A stretch of DNA of 64,000 nt from Tubiluchus corallicola. Taxonomy: Eukaryota > Animalia > Priapulida. The notes beneath the pieces are model-generated. The model ran no database searches. It had not been told where the DNA came from and saw only the letters and a program-made list of their open reading frames with translations. Position 1 is the stretch's first letter; the number at the start of each line of letters is the position of its first letter. The stretch covers positions 124,001 to 188,000 of the forward strand of contig JAQGDQ010000414.1 of the NCBI GenBank assembly GCA_030141605.1. Direction: 5' to 3'. Positions 42,683 through 56,082 of this stretch are shown one piece after another. A program made the translations under genes and the position numbers.

Positions 42683-45379
42683 TTAATGATATTATTAGTT
42701 ACGAGCTAATTTGAGAAAAGTTTTTCCATTTATTTATTCAAATTTGGGTATTTAACCGACAACAGAATAATTGCTTAGGGTTATATAACCTTCCCTACAG
42801 GATTGAAGTACCACTAATCGAGATAAATTTCTGAGTTCAGAACCATTCAAAACTCCCTCAAATCCAGCCTAAATGTACCTATTTTACAGACTTAGGTTAA
42901 TTAATTGTAAGCAGCTTAACTTAGACACAATTTTTATTCGAAGACATTAAAGCGTCAATGTAAACTAAACTGACTTGACTTGACTAAATTGAAGCACCTC
43001 CAGTAAGAGGCAGCAGAACTTTCCGAACCAAGAGAAGAGTAATACTGAACCTACTACTAATAATAGTCCACGCTGTGCACTCTAGGAACTAACATATATT
43101 TTGTTTAAACAAATTGTTTTACAAAACTTCTAGGTGTCAGTGAAAGAGAATAGCAGTGGACAAACTGCCCCTTCAAAGTTGTTTTACTTTTATAATTTAG
43201 AATATATAAAAGGGCTCAAAGCTTAAAGGAAAACCGGACCAAATCTTAAACTGTAGTTCAAAACAACCTGCTCTATAAAATATTGAAGGGGAACATACTA
43301 TTTTATCCAGAATTACTCACGTGAAAGAATTGATACTACAGAAACGTAATTTTTGCGTTCGCGCGGCTAGTTCTTCGCCACTCGCTAGTTAGATATGTAC
43401 TAACACTTACGTCTCGGAAACGAGTGGCGAAAAAAACAGCTACTGTGCCTCTCATTCACAAGTGTTCGGTTGGGACGTAGTGCACGCGTTCTAGAGCTCA
43501 TATGTGTGCACAGTGGAAAATTTGAAATTTGAATTTCATACCTAAGGTTTGTTGAGTTTTTGTATATCATACAGAATGTTATGCAGTTGCCCTGTACTTT
43601 AATTTTCACTTTCGCAAACACGTGCAATACGCGCGTGGAACGTTTGTGCGGTTGAAAATTTTGTTCAGTTATCACTAGCTGGGCTCCCTCGCCATTAAAA
43701 ATTAAGTTTTTAAGATATTATTTTCATTATCAAAAACACTTTGGCATTATTATGTGTACTTTTTACTGTACTTCAAAGTGAGACAGGATATGAAAAATCA
43801 TGCTATTTTCCTTTAAAGGAAAACTGGATGATTGATTAAACTCAATCTCATTTTAATTTACTGTCCAAAATATACATTTTCTTGCCTATAACAAACCACA
43901 GTTTGTGTAACAGTAAGCATCTTCCTGCTCAAGCACGTTTGCGTAAGCGAAGGTTGCTATAAGACGCTGATGTGATATCACGAAAATTAGCTCCACGTCA
44001 CACTGACGTCACAGACGAACACTGCAGTTCGTGATCATGCTTACCACGGTACCGCACCTATTTGTCGGCCACGCGAAAGTGACAAAAAGGCGCCATTGCC
44101 AGTCTTAGTGGATTCGTTGAGCCGGGCATAGCTTTGAAAGTTTAACAAAATTTAACTATCGGAGGTAATTATTATTTACCCTAAGCTTTGATTTAAAAAG
44201 GCTGTTGTGGCTTTCAATATTTTAGAGCACACTTTATTTGAACTAATATCTACACAATCGCCAGGTTGTCCTTTAATAAACGGATCGCACGATAAGATTC
44301 CATAAAAGAGCTCTGGTTGTGCGAAAAATGGCCAATACATTCACACTTATGTGAAAGAGGAGTCGAATAATGTCACGATTAAAAATTAATGCTTTGGTTA
44401 ACATCGGTCATTTAGCTTCTTGCAGATGTACCACACGGATCAAAATGATCAAAGCTAAAAAGGCAAGGATTCAGTGGTCTTAGTTTGACGAGCGCTCCGC
44501 CATTTCTCGCTTGGCTTCACCTTACTTTGTTTTCGTCGTGTATCGAAGCATTGATGCGACTAATGTTGTCTCCTGGTCCCACGAGTGTGCTATGAATGGG
44601 TAGTGTGAGACCAGGGCAAAGTACTTTCTTGACAAGGGTTAACAAGATTGTCTCTGGGATTTGTTTGTGCTTTCAAAGAGCACTGAATGACAAGTTCGCC
44701 GCTTTTGCAGCTCGCCGTGCAAATATAATGGTCTCTGGTGGGAACACGGGAGCTAGTTGTCAAATCTTACAAGAAACTTCTAAAACTGCTTGGTTTAACA
44801 CAAAAGATAGAGAAATATAAAATGTTATAACACTATTTCAATCACTATATCGAAAAACACCTTTACGGGTCTTCGATATAGTCTAAAGATTCGCTAATGT
44901 CGTATAGTGATTACTGATTGCATCAAAAGTGATGCATTATTTGTGAAAAAATTATTTATGAAAAATATTGTAAATGTAATCGAGGGAAAACAGTTCGAAT
45001 TTTTAAATAGGAATGAATTTCACCTGATGCTAGATTGCATATGTCAAAATTAACTCAAATAATATATTTTATTGTACTTCCCTTGAGTAGCCACTACATA
45101 TATGTTTTATTGCCCTATTTTAATTAAATTATTATAATGTGTAAACATTCTTATTTTTCTATGCTGTTAACAAATTGAAAATTATATACTGTGTAATTTC
45201 TAAATAAATAAATAAATAATAATAGTTTCGCAGTCCTTGTATTTCAGAAAAATAGTCAACTCAGAGAAATAAAAAGAAACTTGAAATACAGAACATGAAA
45301 CACAAATGCTGCCAAAAGTCTACGGAAACAAGGCAAGAAGAAACGAGACAAAATGAATTCATATCGAGCATGACCGTGA

Positions 45380-45655
45380 TCACTTGACTATGCCTGGTTC
45401 GCAGAGGTTTAGTCATGTGTGACTGACCAGCTTGCAGGGCGCTATTGACTAATTCTCACTTGACTATGTCTGGCCAGCATTGTTTACTCGTGTATGACTG
45501 AGCTCTGTTTGCCCTAATTTTAACATTTGGAATCATATTTCGGGCCCTTAAACCACCCCATCTTCTAACCATGCTATACCGTCTGAGCTACCCCAAGTGT
45601 CTACCCTAGTAGTTTCGTGACTCTAGCTTCTGGAATTTTAGAGTTATTCAATGTT
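45380..45655 (+). mobile_element. Interspersed repeat shared with 23432-23630, with an internal ~75-bp duplication
   Basis: tcacttgactatg.ctgg...gtgactga occurs twice; downstream motifs are shared with the 23432-23630 copy. Confidence 0.55.
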
Positions 45656-46319
45656 ATGAGTTTATGCCTAAAACTCAATCCCAGAAAAAAATCAGTGGTG
45701 CTCTTAGAATCTGAAATTAAAATTAAACAAGCTTTCAACCAAAAAACTCCCGAAACAAGGCGACAAAAACACGAGGCCGTTTAAAGCATGTAGTGGGCGA
45801 AAGATTTAGTAACCACTCTATATTTAGTTAACTTAGTAAGTCTATTAAGAGTCACAATGCTCATGACACAATAATTGGAATAATCAAAGAACATGCACAA
45901 AGCGTTGCAACACATCAGGCGGTGATTTGCAATTTCTCATTGATCTTCTCGCAGACGAGTTCTTATCACGTGACTTAATCCTATGTTACTATTCTGATGA
46001 TATGTAAATGTGTCATGGCGTACGGGTCATTCAATTTTCTGCGCAACTTTCTTGCTAATTTGCAACCGTTTCATAGACGAAATGGTTCAAAAGTCAATCA
46101 TAATCGCCAGGTTTCTGATTACATGGTTGCGTTCGCAACCACTAAAGCTGTTAGACAGATAAAATCAATGCCACTTCAAAGACAGAAAGCAAAGAGAGGA
46201 TTAAAAAGTACAAAATATAGAAAGAAGTAAAAACGCTTATAGTTATTTAAACATAATCAATTGTAAAAAATGTTTTTGTTACGTTGGTGTTATAGACGCT
46301 GTCCTATTCTGTTTCGTTG

Positions 46320-47420
46320 TGCTGCGTACCGTTCTGTCGTGTCATGTTCTGCTGTGTTCTGTTTTGTGTTATAACGTGTTGTACTGTGCTGTGCTATGTT
46401 CTGTTACATTACATGTGCTTATGTTATGTTATGTTATATTATGCTATGTTATATTACGTTGTGTTATGTTATGTTGTGTTGTGTTGTTGTGCTATGTAAT
46501 GCGAGCTATGCTATGCTATGTTACGTTCGTTACGTTACGTTACGCTACGCTACGTGACGTTACGTTAAATTATGTTATGTTATGATACATTATGTTATGT
46601 TACGTTATGTTGTGTGATGTGATGTTATGTTATGTTATGCTATGCTATGCTATGCTATGCTATGCAATGCTATGCTATGTTGTGTTGTGTTGTGTTGTGT
46701 TGTGTTGTGTTGTGTTGTGTTGTGTTGTGTTGTGTTGTGTTGTGTTGTGTTGTGTTATGTTATGTTATGTTATGTTATGTTATGTTATGTTATGTTATGT
46801 TATGTTATGTTATGTCATGTTATGTTATGTTATGTTATGTTATGTTATGTTATGTTATGTTATGTTATGTTATGTTATGTTATGTTATGTTATGTTATGT
46901 TATGTTATGTTATGTTATGTTACGTTACATGTGTTTATGTTATGTTATGTTATATTATGCTATGTTATATTACGTTGTGTTATGTTATGTTGTGTTGTGT
47001 TGTTGTTGTGCTATGTAATGCGAGCTATGTTATGCTATGTTACGTTCGTTACGTTACGTTACGTTACGCTACGTGATGTTACGTTAAGTTACGTTATGTT
47101 ATGATACATTATGTTGTGTTATGTTATGTTATGTTATGTCATGTCATGTCATGTCATGTCATGTCATGTCATGTCATGTCATGTTATGTTAGGTTGTGTT
47201 GTGTCACATTATATTGTGTGTGTACACTGCCTTACATTATATTATGTTGTGTTGTATCACATTGTATTGTGTTACATACATTGCCTTACATTACATTACG
47301 TTATGTTACGTTAAGGCTTGCCACGCCATGTTCTGTTGTTGTGTTGTGTTGTATTGTGCTATTCTGTTCAGTTCTGTTACGTGACACTACGTTATGTTCC
47401 CATCTCTTTCATCCTATTCT
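46320..47420. repeat. Large compound pentanucleotide satellite (TATGT/TGTGT/TACGT/TATGC/CATGT) with a higher-order duplication
   Basis: Directly visible; the block at ~46408-46595 recurs at ~46925-47113. Confidence 0.97.
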
Positions 47421-47881
47421 GTTCTGCTCTAGGTTATTTTGTATTATGGCATTACATTTATTACAAATATAATTGTACTATATTGTACTCATTGCTGGAC
47501 AAAGCAACTTAACACACTATTTTAATCAAGATTCACAAAATTTAAAAAAAATCCTTAACAAAACCTTTTAAACTTTGGGTATTACTGACGGTTTTAAAAA
47601 GTTCTAAAACCAATCAAATTTGCAGTTTATGTATTACGCACTTTATGGATTAGATAGGTCTGGTTTGTAATTATTAAAAGCTTTTGTGGCTGAAACATGC
47701 CAGACGTTTACAAAAGCATCAGAAGCCAGCAATACAATAGACTATTCACAAAGCAAATCATTATTGTATCCAGGTTGCTAAGCTGTAACATAGAATTAAT
47801 AAAACATTGATTGCAGTTATTATTGAGAACTATAAATGAAGCATACAATACTACTGCTAAAAACATGGGCTTAAATCTTAA

Positions 47882-48230
47882 GCCGCCCTGTGATAAGAAA
47901 TGGAAAAGTTTGTAAATAATGCAGGCATTTCAGAATTATTTTTTGCATGCAGAACTGCGTCTGCTAAAGTTTCGTAACAGTGCGTGTTATTTCAGTTATT
48001 TAAATAGATGAACGTAGAAAGTATGAAATAAACTAGTTACTTTCTACGTTCATCCATTTAAATAATTGAAATAACACGCACTGCTACAAAACTTTAGCAA
48101 ACGCAGTTATTACACGGTTAGCAATGAGAATGGACACAGTTCTGCATGCAAAAAATAATTCTGAAATGCTTTCATTATTTTCAAACTTTTCCATTTCTTG
48201 ACATATTTCATTTCATTTCTTATATCAGCG
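47882..48230. mobile_element. Long foldback inverted repeat (MITE-like), arms ~130 bp, loop ~14 nt
   Basis: aagaaatggaaaagtttg...gatgaacgtagaaagta pairs with tactttctacgttcatc...caaacttttccatttctt. Outer gccgc..ataagaaatg pairs with catttcttat..gcggc. Confidence 0.85.
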
Positions 48231-48671
48231 GCCTAGAGGTCTAAAAGTATGTTTCCTTATCCTATGTAAGCATGTTATTACATTGTCAGTTCATTAAACT
48301 CCTTCAACTATATTTGATGACAGAGAGTGAATTAAATAGATACAACAGATATATAGATAGACATTTTTACAGGAAAAACCCAAGGGGAACGCTATCAACT
48401 AGAGTACTGATAAAATTTAATGTAAACATGATCATCGTCTGATGATGACGATGACGACGACAGTGACGATAATGATGATTATGGTAATGATGTCGATCAC
48501 AATGATGATGATAATATTACTTATATATCCTGACATACCCTAAGAAGAGAAAAATAAAAAATGGTCCCTGCTTTTGACGATGTGTTGATATAGATGGTTA
48601 CTGCAGGTTCTCAATTAGAGCCGAGTAGGCCAAGGAAAGGAGGCGGCTAGAGGATCCTGCTCGAGCGGAAA

Positions 48672-48758
48672 GTATCTCGAAAAATCCGACGCGAATGGGA
48701 TTCGAACTTAAAACCTCTGTATCGGCAAACATGCGTTCCTGGATCAACCACAACCAGA
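48672..48758 (-). mobile_element. tRNA-derived SINE head
   Basis: Minus strand tggttgtggttgatcc...agaggttttaagttcgaatccc...cggatttttc; similar layout to 63905-63992. Confidence 0.45.
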
Positions 48759-49039
48759 ATTTAAAAAAAACAGCCTTTTCAAACAAACCTGATCAATAAT
48801 TGGCAACAGTGTGTAGGAATTTATGCGGTCAGTGGATTGTTACTAAAGATAATTGGTGCCTGAGAAATAAATCCAAGTCAAGTGGTCCTATTTCACATTT
48901 GTAGTACTACAAATTCCATGTTACTCGTAACGAACAATAAATTCGTAATTATTATTAATCAATTTAAATTTCGTAGCAAAAAGTGAAAAAATGGAAAAAT
49001 TCAACATTTGAACCAGAAAGAAAATTGTATCTTTTGTAG

Positions 49040-49157
49040 AGGATTAAGCTGCTTGATGCAGGATATACACTTATGTATGACGTTGGTATGTCGTTGGTAT
49101 GACTCGGTCAGGAGTTGAACCCGCGACCTCCGGGGTGAGAAGCGAACCCGCTACCGA
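49040..49157 (-). mobile_element. tRNA-derived SINE head
   Basis: Minus strand cggtagcgggttcgcttctcaccccggaggtcgcgggttcaactcctgaccgagtcatacca: A/B-box layout followed by SINE body. Confidence 0.6.
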
Positions 49158-49875
49158 TCCTAAATAACTATTGTTTATGCCTTCTCTGTCATCGCTGCTA
49201 ATGAGAGTTACTATATGAACCTACAACTTTTATCAGACCCTGGAGGACTGGAAAAGTAGGGAAGGACCTGTTACTCATCAACTGGTCTTCACTTTTACGA
49301 CGTAAATTTATGTATCGAGAGCAAATATTTCGTCAAATTTGTTTCCAAACTACAAATCGCATCCGTTGCATGCTTAGAAAATTTATTGATATCTTACCTG
49401 TCACTAGCTTCTGCAGTCATCGGCATCAGACGTGATTACAGGTGTCCCGGTTGACTTATATAGAAACTTCTCTCTGTGAGTTGTAGGACGTACACGTTGC
49501 TCTGGAGCCTGTGAGCAAGCGTCTGCGTTGGGTGATACTAGCGCTGCTTATTTGAAGCCATTATGTTTCATTAAGCAGCACTGCCGCTGCATGCGCAGTT
49601 ATGCTACAATCTGACGGCTTCAAGTGATGGGTATAAACTCTATTGAGCAATCAGCACTGTGGGTTGGTCAGTCGGTGACCTGAGTGGTCAACGGTCAAGA
49701 ACGCGGAAAGTCATCCAGATTATACGACGAGGACAGTTGGCATAATGCAACTGCCCAACCACAAATTTAAACGTTAAAGCAACAAAACATATCTAGTCCT
49801 CTGCCAACAAATTATTGATTTTTAAGTTCATGTTAATTGACTGGTGACATGGAAAACTTAGTTTCGAATAAAAGA

Positions 49876-49968
<93 letters not shown>
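49876..49968. repeat. (AAT)n microsatellite
   Basis: Directly visible. Confidence 0.97.
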
Positions 49969-49972
<4 letters not shown>

Positions 49973-50781
49973 CGGGTCATTTCCAATAAGATTCTGCTAT
50001 ATGCAGAATCATAGCAATTGTCCAAATAATTATCGATGTCGATTATTCTTCTGCGGACGTTTTAGCAACATCTTTTGCTGTGAACATTGTTAACTTTAAA
50101 CAATGTAATCATGAAATCATTGCTGCATCCGTAGTTCAAAGGGAATCTATAAATATAATGTAGTTGTTTCTACACAGCAATGACTTTCAATTCTTTTATT
50201 CAGAAAGTTTGGTAACTTCCGGTTACCGGTAGAAATCAGAAAAATATCTTGGTAGGTCACATTAGACTGCTAGACGGCTTGTTTACTATTTGGCTTGCAT
50301 GCTTTGAATCAAAAAAGGTTTATTGAGACAGCTTGATTAATTGAGTGAGTGAATGACTGATTGACTGACTGACTAACTGACAGACTGACCGGCTGACTTA
50401 TATGACTGACTGACTGAAGGATTTGTCTGACCGGCTGCGTGATTAATACTAATTGCCTCTTTAAGCTGCCATCGATTGAACACCTGGCCACTGAAGGTAT
50501 TTACCAATATTTTCCAGATAAACTGATGTCTTTATTGACTAAACAAGTGACCAACTGACAGACTGACAAGATACCACTGAGTGAAGATTTAATCAAATTT
50601 ATAAAATAAGTGTATAAAAGGGCCGATTAAAATAGTTAATGTGTTTACTATTGAAAAATAAAATGAAGGCTATTAAAAAATTTCTCACGTCACATTTGTG
50701 GAACATTCATAGCTTCATAAATCAGCATAATTCTGCATAAGTTGTAATAATGAACGCGGATGAATAAAAATAATAATTCTA

Positions 50782-50936
50782 CGACGACGACGACGATGAT
50801 GATAAGGATAATGATAATGATGGTGATGACGATGATGATGACAATGATGATGATGATAATGATAATGATGATGGCGACGATTATGATGACGCTGGCGACG
50901 ACGATAATAACGACAACGACGATGACGATGGTGATA
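50782..50936. repeat. Degenerate (GAT/GAC/AAT)n tract
   Basis: Directly visible. Confidence 0.88.
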
Positions 50937-51290
50937 AAGAAACTACGAAAGTTGTGTGTTATGAAGTTAATTTTACTTTGTCGTAATACAACTTTTGTTT
51001 AACAAGAAGAAGACGTTAAAATACCGAAATTACTAGGCAACTAAAGAAGGCCTTGTTCTTGGCACAATATTTTACTGTACCTCCCAGGTTTTGTCTGTTA
51101 CATAAGGCACTGCACGACCCCGCTAGAAGCCAGTTTAAACATAGCAAACATTGTTACCATATGTCAACAGTGGCTACAATAATTATTGTGTTGACACAAG
51201 TAACATTCAGTGTGTGCTCTGTTCATTGGCGTAATAAAGACAATGTGTTCAATATAGTAGAGTGGAATGAAATTGCATTTGTATTCTGGG

Positions 51291-51437
51291 CGACCACATC
51301 TGCGAGAAGGGGAAGGATCGAAAGAGGATACAGGAAAAGGCCAATGTTGCAAAGGAGAACACGACCACATCTGCGAGAAGGGGAAGGGTCGGAAGAGGAC
51401 TTCGAGGAGACAAGAAAAGGCCAGTGTTGCAAAGGAG
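51291..51437. repeat. Tandem duplication of a ~70-bp purine-rich unit
   Basis: cgaccacatctgcgagaaggggaagg...gaaaaggcca.tgttgcaaaggag occurs twice. Confidence 0.92.
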
Positions 51438-52038
51438 GGCTTTGGAAGATTTTTATGAAACATGTAGAATCTTGCCAAGCAAAAACGACATAATCTCTGA
51501 GGCTTAGTTGCTTAAAACATGCACCACTTCCATTATACATTAATACGCGCTTTTGAGCCAGTCATTTTAAATGATTAATTTTTAGTTTTTCGTTTGTTCA
51601 CTTGTTTATTCATCCATTTATCGCTCACTTATTTGTTCATTCATTCATCTGACTATTGACTCGTTCATTTATCTGAGCACCAAGCTGCTGCTGCCTGACT
51701 GACTGACCGACCAACTGACTAATCAGTTTTTTAGTTTGACTGATTGACTGATGGCTTTGCTTACTTTTTTGCTTGTCATGTTCATGTTCACTTTCGTTCA
51801 GTTGTTCATTCGTTTGTTTGATCCATTCTTTTTATTTCTTTTATTCTTTGTGCTTTATTCTTTGCAATATAGCTATCAGCTCAATAAAATCGACGCTAAA
51901 ATTTTCCCTTTTTGTGTCGGTTTTTAATGTAAAAATTTGACATCACACACTTGTTAATTTCATCAATAAACATTTTCTTACTGTATTACTAATGAGACCA
52001 ACTATGCTTCTGTGCAGTTGAAGGTATGATACTTATAA

Positions 52039-52754
52039 TAGAATGGTATATATAACTTAATATGCACATAAATACCCTAAGTATCATGTAAATTTCCCAA
52101 GATTATTGCATTAACAGAGTCCACAAAGTTTTCTCTTTGCAAACATGGGAATTTCATAGCACATTAACCAATGCATTCTCACACCTATTGCTCCTCCAGC
52201 ATTTGTGCGCCTTCTAGATAAACTTAATGAAATTACCGCCTTTCTTATTACCTTTAAGCAACGTCACTGAGACCACAATTACCGCCAAGAATTACACGCC
52301 CTGCCAGTATAGAGGCAAAGCTTGATAGATGGAGCCTAGTGCCTGATAATGGCATTATCTATACTTTAAGAGAAAAGCACAGAAAATCCTTTTTATTTGA
52401 TTAATCATACAAGAAGGCATGCGAAAACACGGCTCACTGCGCGTGTTTCATTAGAATCTCTAAGGCTTTTTGGTATAGAGGTACTTTTTACCATCAGTTG
52501 CACTTCAGAGCAACGAGTGCAAGTATATATAATATTTTACAATAACGGGGCGCTTAGCGGATTATATTCACGTATTTACATATAAAAATATGTTTATTAA
52601 AACACAGAATGAAGATACAAAAACATACACTGGGACATAATACTTCAGAATGCAATATCAAAAGAAAATTATTGTTCAAGAACACATATGGGCAGACACA
52701 TATAGTAGAATAGTATATATAACTTAATATATACATAAATACCCTCAGTACCAT
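52039..52754. repeat. ~50-bp direct repeats about 670 bp apart (52039-52087 and 52706-52754)
   Basis: tagaat.gtatatataacttaatat..acataaataccct.agta.cat occurs at both sites. Confidence 0.85.
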
Positions 52755-52758
52755 ATAA

Positions 52759-52892
52759 TATCAGATTATACCCCATGTGCGGGGCTATGTCTGTGTAGTT
52801 TTTCTTCATTGTAATGTATTGCATTGTTTATGTAATGTTTTGTAACTTGTAATTGCAATTGTAATTGTATGGATTGTAAATCATCAATAAAT
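52759..52892 (+). mobile_element. 3' end of a retroposon, same family as 9020-9165
   Basis: Colinear similarity to the 9020-9165 copy, ending in tcatcaataaa. Confidence 0.6.
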
Positions 52893-53159
52893 GATATAAA
52901 TTTCTAAGATTGCTGCATTTAATCAGTCAAATTTACTCAGTGTTACCTTAGATTTCTGGACTAACCTACCTTTAATTCTTATATCTTTTGAAGAATGTAA
53001 AATTATTTAACATTCATATACATCTCCAAATATAACCGTTTATAGTGTGTTAGATCTTAAATATCTTGAATAGAAGTTTTTCCTAAGCTGGGTTCGTAAA
53101 CATTGGGTTTGGTAGCCAACGTGTCTTAGAAGAGGCCATGTTCGAAAATAAATTACGTT

Positions 53160-53178
53160 AATAATAATAATAATAATG

Positions 53179-53251
<73 letters not shown>

Positions 53252-53255
53252 CAAC

Positions 53256-53287
<32 letters not shown>

Positions 53288-53336
53288 CAACAATAATAAT
53301 AATAATAATAATCTTAATGTTAATAATAATATTATA

Positions 53337-53392
<56 letters not shown>
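53160..53392. repeat. (AAT)n microsatellite with AAC interruptions
   Basis: Directly visible. Confidence 0.97.
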
Positions 53393-55762
53393 TGATATAT
53401 TACCGTAATTGTAAGAGCTTCGATCTTACCAATATTAGGAAGACCTATACTTTGGATACGTTTTAGTTTTGCCCGTTTTGCATTTGTTAAAAAAATTTCG
53501 TTGACAAGACCCAAATTAATTGGGAAAAAAGTTTTCTTGGCTTTATCCTCTGGTGTAACAGACATGATTTAGCTAATCCATACGGGAATTAAAGCTTTTC
53601 GTAGCGATATCATCTTCTTTCATTGGTAGTTTTAGTGAAGTTATCAATCAAGCTTAAGTAAGTCCAAGCTGACTTAGAACATTGTTGTTCATTATAAAGT
53701 AAATTCGGTAAGCAGACAGAGACTAATATTGTGACATTAGAAACAGGCCTTATTGTCGGAAAAAAATGCGCAGATTTTATTGTTTCATAAACGAAAATGA
53801 ATTTCTCGATTAGCAAAGGGAAATGCGGTTACCCTGAATATCAGGAAAAGATGGTGACTGAATTATCACACATAAAGTGATGCGTAATTTGGTGTTTCTT
53901 ATAACGTGTAATTCGTAACTTTACTAACTTTCAAATTCAGCAAATGTTTATAAATCTAAAAGTGCTGATTTGGCTTCGTTTGCTGTTTTATCCCATCATA
54001 TTTTTGTTCTACAATTTATGCAAGGATTATATAGAGTTATGTAGAGTTGTCATAAGAAATAACTTGATATAGATTTATACGCTACGATCTGATTTATACA
54101 GTAGAATTTACTTAATAATTCCTGTCGGTATTTTAATTTTTGTAATTCTCGACGAATTTTGTCGTTCCCTTATAGGCCTGTCATATTTTATTTTGAATAA
54201 AATATCTGTGTGCATTCGATGTGGCAAGAAGTGTTTTGTTTTATATTATTGGCTGTGTTGATGTGAGTTTTACCTTGGATAAAGTCATCTTATTTCGTAA
54301 TTTACATTTATAAGCCTACTTGTTGCATCTATATAATGAAAATCCCTTTATATATTAAGCCTATTGCCCATTATTTCCATCTAAAAATGGAAAAGCATTC
54401 ACATGCACAATTTTTGCTTTTAAATAACTTCGTGCAAACTAACCCAAATGGAACCCAGTGAATGACAAATGCTTGGGAAAATTGGGAATAAAATTCATTG
54501 GCCTTGGCGCACAGTTACAATCAAACAAAGCCATGGCTAGTGTAAGTCAATGTATGCTGTTGCAAGTAGCGGAATTGCTCCTCCTGGATTTAGTTTTAGC
54601 AAATTCAAATACGAGTTCCATAGCAGGTTACTTTTTCGCAAAACTGTGACAAAAAAGAATAAAATTTCATTTATTTCCTAATACTTACGACGAGACTAAA
54701 ACGAAGCAAAACTGAGCCAGTAATTGCTGTCTCCTCAGAGCGCACCGCCTCAACACGCTCTTCCTACGAGTGCAGCGTTAATTCGGTGGACTATCGAAGC
54801 GCACAAGAAGAATTCCATTACGCCATTACTCCATAAACAAAGTGCATTTGCTGTTGCCGCGAGGGAGCAAACAAATCAAAGGCAACACAGAAGAAAAGGC
54901 CATTATGTTGTTTATAAGCACATAATGGTCTAGTTTGTTCCCGCTTGGAAGCCTGCAGACTCGCTGTTTGAGGAACATGTGATAGTTAAAGTTGCTTACT
55001 GATAATTACATCAAAGGCGGGGATGTGAGCGTAGAAGAAAATAGAAGCTATATTGCAGAGAACGTATAGATGTTTGTTGTATATATGAAGCCGAAGAACA
55101 ATGAAAAATAAAAACCGTTCAGTTTTTAGACTAACTTGCCTAAAATACAGTTGCGTTTGTTTTTTAATCCGTGTTATTGTCCGTGTGTGGTATCACGGAC
55201 AATACAAAATGAAATAAAAAACTTGTTTACATAAAACCTAAAAAGCTGTTGAAGCAGCACAAAAAATGAAGGTAAGTTGTAATGGGTGTAGCCAACGACT
55301 TGCTTATAATAAATTCAGTAGCAACTACGACGGTAAATGTAAGGTAATTAGCAAGAACAACGGAGTTTGTACTGTCCGAACAAACAAGACTATTAAAATA
55401 AGTAAAAAGAAAACTTCCAAGGTAATAAAATTGATTAATATAATAGTGAGAGCTTGAAAACCTATAAGCAGGCAAATTGTGGTCAACACCAGTCACAAAC
55501 GGACCTTTAATCAGGTGTCGGGAAGCCGTTGGCCAAAAAAATAAAGCCATTGTTAACAAGTAGATATGAGATCATTTCACTTGATGAGATTTGAAAATTA
55601 TTTTCTGTCCGTCTTGTTCAGTTGTTCATTTAACTTCCAGTCGTTTGCTGCAACTTAATTAGTCCCAAGTACAACTATTTGCGGTGCGTAACTTTTCGCG
55701 AAGTCTCCACGTCTTATTGCGCGCGTTCAATATTAAAAATGCATACAGGAAACAAGAAAACA

Positions 55763-56082
55763 GATGGATGGATGGATGGATGGATGGATGGATGGATGGA
55801 TGGATGGATGGATGGATGGATGGATGGATGGATGGATGGATGGATGGATGGATGGATGGACGGACGGACGGACGGACGGACGGACGGACGGACGGACGGA
55901 CGGACGGACGGACGGACGGACGGACGGACGGACGGACGGACGGATGGGTGGGTTGGTTGTTTTTATGGATGGATGGATGGATGGATGGATGGATGGATGG
56001 ATGGATGGATGGATGGATGGATGGATGGATGGATGGCTGGATAGATTGATAGATAGATAGATAGATAGATCAACAGACAGAC
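55763..56082. repeat. Compound tetranucleotide microsatellite (GGAT)n(GGAC)n(GGAT)n(AGAT)n
   Basis: Directly visible. Confidence 0.97.

Noticed and set aside
43350-43700. Inverted 11-mer ttcgccactcg/cgagtggcgaa suggesting a Helentron end
   Set aside because: Element boundaries could not be defined and there is no second copy in the window.
46317-47512. MLCYV-repeat ORFs
   Set aside because: Pentamer satellite artefacts.
53400-53860. Possible RT remnant (RPVSN motif)
   Set aside because: A single short motif; downstream RT blocks are not recognisable.
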